From a virus, in the IMG/VR virus record IMGVR_UViG_3300045988_147485: 53,334 nt of DNA; one strand, 5' to 3'. This document shows, one piece after another, positions 33,720 to 41,413 of the stretch. The translations under genes were made by a program, and so were the position numbers. The notes beneath the pieces are model-generated. The model had not been told where the DNA came from and did no database searches. It worked only from the letters and a program-made list of their open reading frames with translations. Each line of letters begins with the position of its first letter. The first letter of the stretch is position 1.

Positions 33720-35651
33720 ACTTTTATCTTCCTTTCTTTAATAATTTCCTTATATAAATCTTCTTTTCCTGGAAATAACTGTCCTAAAATCGCAACAAGA
33801 ACATTTACGACAATGGAATTTCCAGATTGTTTGTATAACTGCGTATTTGAATTAACTTTTTCTGCCTTTTCAAAATCTTCATCCGAAAAATCCATCAATC
33901 TCCAACATTCTTTCGGTGTCAATTTTCTGATTCGGTATTGTGTTGCAACTTTTATCTGTTGTGTGCCGCCACCATTAACAGTAGTAATATTAGGACATAG
34001 TGCTTTTTCATCGTATACTGTGTTTGATTGATGCTGACCAGTTCCATTATCCATAAATCCTAACTGATTAGGCTTTTCCAACACCAAATTATCTTTCTGC
34101 ACACTTGTCAGGCAATTACTTGTACCATTATTATTTAATTCAAGTGTCTGTTCCAACTCAATTCCGGGTGTACGGTCAGATGGTTTTGTTGTATTTCTTC
34201 CACGCATTGCATCACAAACTTTCTCATCAGTAATATAGTTATAACTTCCACCGGGTAAGTTTGCCGGTAAACATAAGGAACATTCTCCCATCTGATAAAC
34301 TCTTTCCTGCTGATAATATTGTGTTCCGTTGTTTGACTTTTTTTCACCTAAACCACAGACACATTTTGTTTCTATAATTTTAGGTTGCAATCCACCGCCT
34401 CCACAAGTATTCATTGTTGGTGCCACACCTCCTATATCATAAACACGATTGGCACTTTCAAATGTATGGTCTATCGTGTTATCCATTTGACCTATTATTT
34501 TTACATCTGCCATTTTCATCACCTCAATAACTCCGCAGCACATTTTATTTACTCTTTCAGTAGGGCATATCGCACCCTCACAAATCTTTGGGCCACCAAA
34601 CTTTTTACTTTCAAAAAGTGTTATACCTATTGCATATTTAACTTTTGACATTCAATCACTCCATTGGTTCCATAGTTATTTATCCCTTTATAATCTCTTG
34701 ACATAAGCGTTGATGATACATCAATTTTTTGTGCTTGTGGTTCTAATTGTTTATCAATCATTCCTTTCAACAATACAGTTTCCATCTGACCGCAAGTTTG
34801 AGATTCCTGTGTCATATCTTGCCTTAATGCAGTTTCCGACTTGCTTTTCTCTTGGCTCGTTAATTGTTCCGTCAACGCAAATCTGCTCTGCTCTGCTCTA
34901 TTGATTGTATTTTGAAGTGTTTCGTTGTCAATTAGTTTCTGTATCAATTTCTGTGCTTTTTCGTTATTGATGTAATACTTCTCGTCAACTTCATCTTCCA
35001 GATAATCTTTCATCACTTTTTGCAGTTCAATAGGGTTTGGAAATGTAAAGTTATAATTTCCTAAAATACTAACCATAAAGCAACGATTTCTATTTTGAGC
35101 AACACCATAATTCTTTGCGTTTAAATCCTGCCAATAATTTGAATAACCTTTGCTTTCAAGGAATGCTATCCATCTTTGAAAATCTTCCATATTCTTCTTT
35201 CCGTGAACCTGTGGAACATTCTCCATAAGTAACACTTGTGGTAAATTGCCAACCTCATTCAGCAACCGTTCTACTTCCCACAATAGTCCGGACCTGGTGC
35301 CGCTACCTTTAACCATTCCCTTTTGTTTACCGGCAACCGATAAATCTTGACAAGGAAAAGAGTAAGTAAGTAAGTAAAGGTTTCAGTGTCAACTATTCCA
35401 AGATCAGAACCTCTTATTTGAGTTATGTCTGTAGGATCAAAACAAGTTCCGTGAATTTCGTTGTAACTTTTAATAGCAAATTTATCAAACTCGATTACTT
35501 TGTAATGTTCGAAGTCAGATCCAAGCATTTTTAATGCCATAGCTTGTGATCCTATTCCAGCAAAAAGTTCTATTAAACGAATTGGTTTTTTTATCTTAAA
35601 TGGCTTCTTTATAAGGTGAAGCAAATCAATTTGTTCATACATACTATCCAT
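33716..35651 (-). pseudogene. Multispecific-type DNA (cytosine-5) methyltransferase split into three ORFs (35651-35271, 35316-34627, 34651-33716)
   Basis: Motif I ELFAGIGS is in ORF1. Motif IV TYSFPCQDLS is readable only in the next frame just after a (TTAC)4 repeat. ENV and QNRNR are in ORF2. RKLTPKECWRLMDF and GNSIVVNV are in ORF3. Four TRD-like TL/PTM/CLT/NIT segments lie between motifs VIII and IX. Confidence 0.75.
35362..35377 (-). repeat. Tetranucleotide repeat (TTAC)x4 on the coding strand at the methyltransferase frame break
   Basis: The plus strand reads GTAAGTAAGTAAGTAA. Five or two units would fuse motif I to motif IV in frame (..TFTYLLTYSFPCQDLS..). Confidence 0.9.
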
Positions 35652-35653
35652 TC

Positions 35654-35842
35654 CTATTCATCCTCTAAAATAATTCTAATGTATCTAGCCCCAGCGTTCC
35701 TGCCACTGCTTTTGTGAGAAATGCAAGACCATATTGTGCCGGTTGTTGTATTAAACTTTTTGGCCAACTCGTCTATGTTTTCTGTAACAAACAGCGGCAA
35801 TTCTAACTCATCCGGGGTTACTGCCATATATAATTTCTTCAT
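35654..35842 (-). CDS. Hypothetical protein (62 aa)
   Basis: ORF on the dominant strand. Possible HTH (TTTGTIWSCISHK). Confidence 0.35.
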   Translation of the reverse strand: MKKLYMAVTPDELELPLFVTENIDELAKKFNTTTGTIWSCISHKSSGRNAGARYIRIILEDE

Positions 35843-35844
35843 GG

Positions 35845-36588
35845 CTACTCTCTAATCTTTTCTCCTTTGGATTCGATCACAGCATCTTCGGGTGGAAAGT
35901 CAATTTTGTTTTCGTTCTCAAGAATTTCCTGTTTGACCTGTTCTCCAATATCATAAGTCACTTCGTTGTCCTTAAAATCCCCCTCTACAATCTCATCCGA
36001 TGTGTAAAGTCCCATTGAGATTTCGGGGCAATTCATTCTGGAAAAGAATGAAGCCGCACGGTATCTAAGCATTACCTGTGGCATGGTTTTCCACTTACTG
36101 CCGTTTTTGTCAAACCATTTTTCTGCCTTTGCCATTTCCATGTCAACAAGTGGTCCGTCTACTCTTCTTCCGTGTTTCGTAGTCCAGCATCTGCAAGAAT
36201 AAGGCTTGGAATCCTTGTCTTGCTTTTCGTCAAACTGCAATTCGATGTCATATCGTCCGCTGGCATTTATCATGCCGATAAGAGCGGATGCTCTCCATGC
36301 CGGGCGCCCCTGGATAATATCCAGATTGCGCATTACTTCAAATGGGCTTGCTCCAAATCTTTGCGACATATCAATGGCAATTAAGCAGTTACTTTCATTC
36401 CCCTGGTATTCTCTTGGCACCAAAGTAGATTTTGACAGCGCTTTTGCCATCTGCATTGCCATGATAAAATTGTCTGATGTCCCAAAAATACCCAAACTGT
36501 AGTCGGTTACTTTGTTGTTATTTTTGTTTGGCGCAACCTCTGTTTTTTCGTGCTGAACAATTTCAGTACTTGTTGTTTTTTCGTCCAT
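35845..36588 (-). CDS. recT: RecT-family single-strand annealing protein
   Basis: MAKALSKSTLVPREYQGNESNCLIAIDMSQRFGASPFEVMRNLDIIQGRPAWRASALIGMINASGRY fits the RecT core. Confidence 0.65.
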   Translation of the reverse strand: MDEKTTSTEIVQHEKTEVAPNKNNNKVTDYSLGIFGTSDNFIMAMQMAKALSKSTLVPREYQGNESNCLIAIDMSQRFGASPFEVMRNLDIIQGRPAWRASALIGMINASGRYDIELQFDEKQDKDSKPYSCRCWTTKHGRRVDGPLVDMEMAKAEKWFDKNGSKWKTMPQVMLRYRAASFFSRMNCPEISMGLYTSDEIVEGDFKDNEVTYDIGEQVKQEILENENKIDFPPEDAVIESKGEKIRE

Positions 36589-36590
36589 AT

Positions 36591-36854
36591 TTACTCGTCC
36601 TCCTTCCCATCATCAGAAGAACCTCTCAATTTATCAATCAGTTCGTCAAAAAGTTTCAAAATATGATCTTTTGTTTCTTCTGTGATTTCTTTTTCGCTTT
36701 TTCTTGAATCAGAAATCACTTTTTCTAATTCATCATTTCCAATGTTTTCTCGCAGTGCTCTCAACAATGTACAAGTTTCTGCCATGATTACTATCTTAAT
36801 TCCATCTACGCGTACCGTTCCTTTGTCTACATGAATCATAATATTTTCACTCAC
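36591..36854 (-). CDS. Hypothetical acidic protein (87 aa)
   Basis: ORF overlapping the RT stop. Confidence 0.4.
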   Translation of the reverse strand: MSENIMIHVDKGTVRVDGIKIVIMAETCTLLRALRENIGNDELEKVISDSRKSEKEITEETKDHILKLFDELIDKLRGSSDDGKEDE

Positions 36855-37884
36855 TTTCTAATATTTTTTTGCAATACAAATCCATTGTTTTGCATAATTT
36901 GATACAATTCCCATGCATTGCATGGTTTCTCCAAGCATTGTATTTTTCATAAAATTTTTCTTCTTGCATCTTGCCGCTTTTTACAAGTTTTGACCAAGAC
37001 AACAATTTTTTTCGTATTCTTCTTTTGTTGTAACTTTTTATCTTTCGTATATATTTTCCGTCCTCCGTCATGTAGTGATGGAAGCCAAGAAAACTAATAC
37101 CGCATTTGAATGGAATAATCTGCGTTTTGCCATTTAATGATAATCCAAGGCTTTTCACAAATTCTCTTATATATTCAAGGCACCATTTCAAATATTCTTT
37201 GTCATGGTGTATTAAGTAAAAATCGTCCATGTATCTTCCGTAAAGATCAATCCCCAGTTCTCCTTTTACCATCTTGTCCATTCCGTTTAGCATTAGCAAT
37301 GCATATATCTGTGCCGCTTGATTTCCTAACGGCAATCCAGGACTATCGGTGCTATTCACAAGAAGATGGTTCAACCATTTTACATAATCATCTTCAAAAT
37401 GATAATCTAAAATATCAAGAAGAATTTCATGGTCAATTTCGTAAAAGAATTTGTGGATGTCGCATTTTAGAATCCATCCATTTAATTTGTTTGAATTGTA
37501 AAAAGTAGTCATATGTTCTTTCAAACAATCCATACCAAATAAAGTACCTTTTCCTATCTGCCCGGCATAATTTGTCCTTATAAACTCATCTGCTAAAACG
37601 GGATGCAAAATATTGTCACACAAGCAATGTTGAACTACTTTGTCCTTGAAAGAGCAAGACTTAATCACTCTCTCTTTTGGTTCATAAATTTTGAACTCAT
37701 TGTATTTGCTCATTTTATATGTTTGATTCTCTAAACTCTCTTTCAAGATATTTAATCCGTCAAGGCTCATGCTCTTAAATTTCGTACAACTTCCGTTATT
37801 AGTTTTGCCAGATTTAGCACGCCTATATGCCGTATATAGGTTGTCAAAATCACATATGATACTTTTACAATCCAAATTAAACAC
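36847..37884 (-). CDS. DGR reverse transcriptase
   Basis: RT motifs QIGKGT, GLPLGNQAAQIYALLML (DGR-type motif 4) and RYMDDFYLIH (YxDD). It sits directly downstream of the template repeat and avd. The start is GTG 37884 or, more likely, TTG 37875. Confidence 0.85.
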   Translation of the reverse strand: MFNLDCKSIICDFDNLYTAYRRAKSGKTNNGSCTKFKSMSLDGLNILKESLENQTYKMSKYNEFKIYEPKERVIKSCSFKDKVVQHCLCDNILHPVLADEFIRTNYAGQIGKGTLFGMDCLKEHMTTFYNSNKLNGWILKCDIHKFFYEIDHEILLDILDYHFEDDYVKWLNHLLVNSTDSPGLPLGNQAAQIYALLMLNGMDKMVKGELGIDLYGRYMDDFYLIHHDKEYLKWCLEYIREFVKSLGLSLNGKTQIIPFKCGISFLGFHHYMTEDGKYIRKIKSYNKRRIRKKLLSWSKLVKSGKMQEEKFYEKYNAWRNHAMHGNCIKLCKTMDLYCKKILESE

Positions 37885-37973
37885 TCCTTTGTATTTACCC
37901 TTTTCGGGATGGTCATGCGATTTTTTGTATCTTTGTCTGGTTTCGGCTTATTGCCTACTCCGTCTGCCTGTTT

Positions 37974-38050
37974 GATACAGAATGGGCGAACACCATTGTT
38001 GTTGTTGCAGTTATTGTTGTTGATATTGCCGTCCGGCGCAACAACCGCCA
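37974..38050 (-). repeat. DGR template repeat (TR), 77 nt, AAY-rich
   Basis: Noncoding copy of the three VRs. The variable block reads GAC GGC AAT ATC AAC AAC AAT AAC TGC AAC AAC AAC AAT. It starts 25 nt after the avd stop. Confidence 0.85.
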
Positions 38051-38075
38051 AAATTCATCGCATAACCAATATTTT

Positions 38076-38441
38076 TTATCTTTCCTTGTCTTTGGTTCTC
38101 CATGCAATAGCCATGTGTTTTATGTCCGAAACCATCTTTGACCAATATTCCATGCTTTTCACATTGATAATGTTAAGTTTCATAGATAGTTCGATGTAAA
38201 ACAATAAGTTATCACACCTTGTTATTGCTTTTGTCTGTAATTCAGACCTTTCCCTTTTGTATTTACGAATATCTGTCCTGTTTGCTTCTGTAAGATATGC
38301 GTAAATTTCTAATGCACTATTTTGCATCTTATCTACCAACGAAAACCTGTATTTTTTAGGATACCTATTACAATTTGAGGTAATCCTTAATGTATGTTCT
38401 GCCAGTTCCATTGATTTTACGATTACTTTCAAATCTGCCAT
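38076..38441 (-). CDS. avd: DGR accessory variability determinant (Avd, four-helix-bundle protein)
   Basis: 121-aa basic helical protein (ELAEHTLRITSNCNRYPKKYRFSLVDKMQNSALEIYAYL) in the canonical position between target and TR. Confidence 0.75.
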   Translation of the reverse strand: MADLKVIVKSMELAEHTLRITSNCNRYPKKYRFSLVDKMQNSALEIYAYLTEANRTDIRKYKRERSELQTKAITRCDNLLFYIELSMKLNIINVKSMEYWSKMVSDIKHMAIAWRTKDKER

Positions 38442-38454
38442 CTACCATCAGTCC

Positions 38455-39057
38455 TTACGATTCAAAGATTTCAGATTTTAAGATACAAACTGGGCGAACG
38501 CCATACTTGCCGCAGCAGCTAATGCCGTTGATATTGCCGCCCGGCGCAACAACCGCCACGCTACTTTCGTAGCCGTTGCTCTTTGTACTCCATGGCGTGC
38601 AGAGCCACCACCATTCGCCCGTGTTTGGCAAAAGTTTTCTGTATTTTCTATATTCGTCAACCGTCAATAAAGAAATCAACTCCACCGTATCTTCGTACTC
38701 ATCAATTCCATCCAGAGAAATAAGATCTCTTCCAAGTGGCAAAATATTTCCTACCCCGATTTCATCTTTAATCTTTTCCAACAAATCATTGTTGAGGTAT
38801 TCTCTCAATTTACTTTTAGACCAATCATTACTGCGTGAATCAAATTTCATGTCTCCGATACTGCTATTGGCAATACAAAAATATCCATCATTTGTTTTGT
38901 CCAAGATTTTCCATTCGATTGTGGCAAGGTTAAATGTGTCTCCGATTTTTAATCCGGCCGGAAGTAATCTCGATTCTTTTTTGAGGACTTCCATTGCTTT
39001 TGTCAGTTCATTTATCTTGTCCTGCAATGTCTCGATTGCTAAGTTATTTTTACCCAT
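38455..39057 (-). CDS. DGR target protein 1 (C-terminal variable ligand-binding domain)
   Basis: Start MGKNNLAIE after AAAGGAGGAAAA. C-terminus WWWLCTPWS...AVVAPGGNINGISCCGKYGVRPVCIL carries VR1. No signal peptide or TM segment. Confidence 0.8.
   Translation of the reverse strand: MGKNNLAIETLQDKINELTKAMEVLKKESRLLPAGLKIGDTFNLATIEWKILDKTNDGYFCIANSSIGDMKFDSRSNDWSKSKLREYLNNDLLEKIKDEIGVGNILPLGRDLISLDGIDEYEDTVELISLLTVDEYRKYRKLLPNTGEWWWLCTPWSTKSNGYESSVAVVAPGGNINGISCCGKYGVRPVCILKSEIFES
38482..38558 (-). repeat. DGR variable repeat VR1
   Basis: Aligns to the TR over 77 nt. In the variable block, 9 differences are at TR adenines and 2 are not (AAC->AAG, GGT->GGC). Two further non-adenine differences are in the 3' IMH-like end. 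Confidence 0.85.
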
Positions 39058-39058
39058 T

Positions 39059-39661
39059 TTAATTTTCCTCCTTTGATACAAAGATATTAGAGTTTAAGAT
39101 ACAAACCGGGCGAACACCATCGCCGTCGTTGCAGCTATGGCTGCCGATATAGCCGACCGGCGCAACAACCGCCAAACTACTCCATCCACGGTCGGATGTA
39201 CTCCATTGCGTTATTGTCCACCACCAATCGTTAAGTTTGTTGCAAACTAAAAGGTCATTGTATTTTCTCGCCTCATCAAAGGTAATTGGGCGAAAAATTT
39301 CCTCTGTAACTTTTGATTTGTTCTGTCCGTCAACACTTTCCAAAGAAACCTCATGCTTTATGAAATTTTCTTTTCCAATTTTCGCAATCAATGGGTTTTC
39401 AATGTTATTTTCAATAACCTTCTTTAAGTTTGAAGAACAATAATCAGTACTTTCTCCAAATTCAACACTTTCATCTGTTACAAAGCCTTTTGTAATAGCA
39501 AGTGTCCCTCCATTGTACTCATGATCGAGAACAATAAAGTCTTCCTCGCCAGCCACAAAACTGTCTCCCGGATTAAGAGACGATAATAAAACCTTGTTAT
39601 CAGAATTAAGTTCATTGACAATTTCCATTGCCAATTTGTAAATTTTGTCTTTTTTGTCCAT
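39059..39661 (-). CDS. DGR target protein 2
   Basis: Start MDKKDKIYKLA after AAAGGAGGTAAAGGA. C-terminus WWWTITQWS...AVVAPVGYIGSHSCNDGDGVRPVCIL carries VR2. Confidence 0.8.
   Translation of the reverse strand: MDKKDKIYKLAMEIVNELNSDNKVLLSSLNPGDSFVAGEEDFIVLDHEYNGGTLAITKGFVTDESVEFGESTDYCSSNLKKVIENNIENPLIAKIGKENFIKHEVSLESVDGQNKSKVTEEIFRPITFDEARKYNDLLVCNKLNDWWWTITQWSTSDRGWSSLAVVAPVGYIGSHSCNDGDGVRPVCILNSNIFVSKEEN
39098..39174 (-). repeat. DGR variable repeat VR2
   Basis: All 12 differences from the TR upstream of the IMH-like end are at TR adenines. Confidence 0.85.
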
Positions 39662-39674
39662 TCCTTTACCTCCT

Positions 39675-40094
39675 TTAGTTAAATGGCAATTCCGATTCGA
39701 TGTTTTCTGGTATTTCCATAAAATCATCATCATCCTGTTTCTGTGTAGGTTCGGCGTTATTGTTGCCTCCGGCCTGTTTCCGCTCGGCAAACTCGATTTC
39801 ATCTGCCATGATCTGGACGCTGTACACTTTCTCTCCGTTCTTATTTGTGTAGTTGTCGTTCTGAACACGGCCTACCAGAAGCATACGAGAACCCTGTCTG
39901 AAATATTTTTCAACAAATTCTGCCTGTTTACCAAAGGCAGTACAATTAAAAAAATCTACATTAGTTTCTCCCTCACGAGGAAATCTCCTATTTATTGCTA
40001 AACTGAATCTAGCAATAGCCATAGTTTTTTCGCCCTGTGTATAACGGATTTCCGGGTCTCTTGTAAGATTTCCCATCAAAATCACTTTATTCAT
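39675..40094 (-). CDS. ssb: Single-stranded DNA-binding protein
   Basis: MNKVILMGNLTRDPEIRYT...FFNCTAFGKQAEFVEKYFRQGSRMLLVGRVQN OB fold, with the acidic tail ESELPFN. Confidence 0.9.
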   Translation of the reverse strand: MNKVILMGNLTRDPEIRYTQGEKTMAIARFSLAINRRFPREGETNVDFFNCTAFGKQAEFVEKYFRQGSRMLLVGRVQNDNYTNKNGEKVYSVQIMADEIEFAERKQAGGNNNAEPTQKQDDDDFMEIPENIESELPFN

Positions 40095-40110
40095 CTCATT
40101 CTCCTTTCTA

Positions 40111-40827
40111 CTAAAAAGGGCATTCGTATTTCCCTCTTATTTCAATTTTCATTCCTGGATGTGCTATGTATGTATCGCATTCAGAAACTTCCTTTATTTC
40201 AGCCAGTATTCTTTCTTCGTCTGTGCTTTCTTTCCCTAAGTGGCAAAGAATTACTGTTGAAAGAAATTTTGTTTTACTGGACTGAACAAAATTCTTTACT
40301 GTAAAAAGTTCTGCATGGCCCTTTATTTTGTGAATGTTTTTTGAATCCTCTACATTCACAAGATTTTGAATGTAATTACATTCAAGGACCATATGGTCAA
40401 TTTTTCTTTTTGCAAAATTGTACGGGCAATACTCAAAGTCCGTAATGTATAATATTGTTTCATCTTCATGCGAAATCAAGAATCCACAATTTCTCGTGCC
40501 ATCGTGCGGCACTTGAAAAGCAGTAATTTTGAAGCCGCCCAACTTCTCCGCAATCATTACTCTTGCATCTGCACTTATCATTTCCAGTTCTTCATATGGT
40601 TTGAAAACTGGTATACCGCATTTTTCAATCTCTTTTATTGACCGGGAGTGGTCAAAGTGTTTATGTGACACCACACACCCAACAACTTTTTTTATATTCC
40701 AATCAAGCATTTCTTTGATACTTTTAATTGGCATCCCAGCATCAAGAAGAAGTGTCTCTTCTTGACAAGTTATTGCGTATGCATTTCCGCTGCTCCCGGT
40801 TCCGCAACATCTAAAATCCACAATCAT
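40111..40827 (-). CDS. MBL-fold metallo-hydrolase
   Basis: SHKHFDHS (HxHxDH) motif, 238 aa. Confidence 0.7.
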   Translation of the reverse strand: MIVDFRCCGTGSSGNAYAITCQEETLLLDAGMPIKSIKEMLDWNIKKVVGCVVSHKHFDHSRSIKEIEKCGIPVFKPYEELEMISADARVMIAEKLGGFKITAFQVPHDGTRNCGFLISHEDETILYITDFEYCPYNFAKRKIDHMVLECNYIQNLVNVEDSKNIHKIKGHAELFTVKNFVQSSKTKFLSTVILCHLGKESTDEERILAEIKEVSECDTYIAHPGMKIEIRGKYECPF

Positions 40828-40830
40828 TCC

Positions 40831-41400
40831 TTACGATTCAAAGATTTCAGATTTTAAGATACAAACTGGGCGAACACCATTGCTGCTGAGGCAGTTAAGG
40901 TTGCGGATAAAGCCGCCCGGCGCAACAACCGCCACGCTACTTTCGTAGCCGTTGCTCTTTGTACTCCATGGCGTGCAGAGCCACCACCATTCGCCCGTGT
41001 TTGGCAAAAGAGAACGGTATTTTTTGTACTCATCGGCGGTCAAAATCGACACCAGGTCATATGTTCCTCCATAATCTTTAAGGCCATCTAAAGAAGTTAA
41101 ATCTCTTTCGATTATATGTAAGTTTTCCCTTCCGATTTCATCTACAAAAGAATCAGATAAAATATTACTTAATTCACTGTCCCGCCAATTATTGCTTTCT
41201 TCATCAAACTTGTATTTTTCATCCAGAAAATCGGCAATAACCAAGTAACCTCCTTTTACTTTGTCAAGGCAAGTGAATTTAATGCCTCTGAACTCAAACC
41301 TATCACCAATTTCGGGTGGTTTAACAAAATTGATACTCTTGTTGTTTTCGAGTTCCCGTACCTTTTTTTCTAACATTTCAACTCTTTCTTCTAAATGCAT
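40831..41400 (-). CDS. DGR target protein 3 (close paralog of target 1)
   Basis: Start MHLEERVEML after AAAGGAGAAAAAT. C-terminus ...AVVAPGGFIRNLNCLSSNGVRPVCIL carries VR3. The 3' 180 bp are identical to target 1 outside the VR. Confidence 0.8.
   Translation of the reverse strand: MHLEERVEMLEKKVRELENNKSINFVKPPEIGDRFEFRGIKFTCLDKVKGGYLVIADFLDEKYKFDEESNNWRDSELSNILSDSFVDEIGRENLHIIERDLTSLDGLKDYGGTYDLVSILTADEYKKYRSLLPNTGEWWWLCTPWSTKSNGYESSVAVVAPGGFIRNLNCLSSNGVRPVCILKSEIFES
40858..40934 (-). repeat. DGR variable repeat VR3
   Basis: All 11 differences from the TR in the variable block are at TR adenines. Confidence 0.85.
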
Positions 41401-41413
41401 ATTTTTCTCCTTT

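Noticed and set aside
37767-38051. 94-aa minus-strand ORF starting MAVVAPDGNINNNNCNNNNGVRP
   Set aside because: This is the DGR template repeat read as protein (TTG 'start', run of AAY codons), continuing through the spacer into the RT start region. It is not a real gene.
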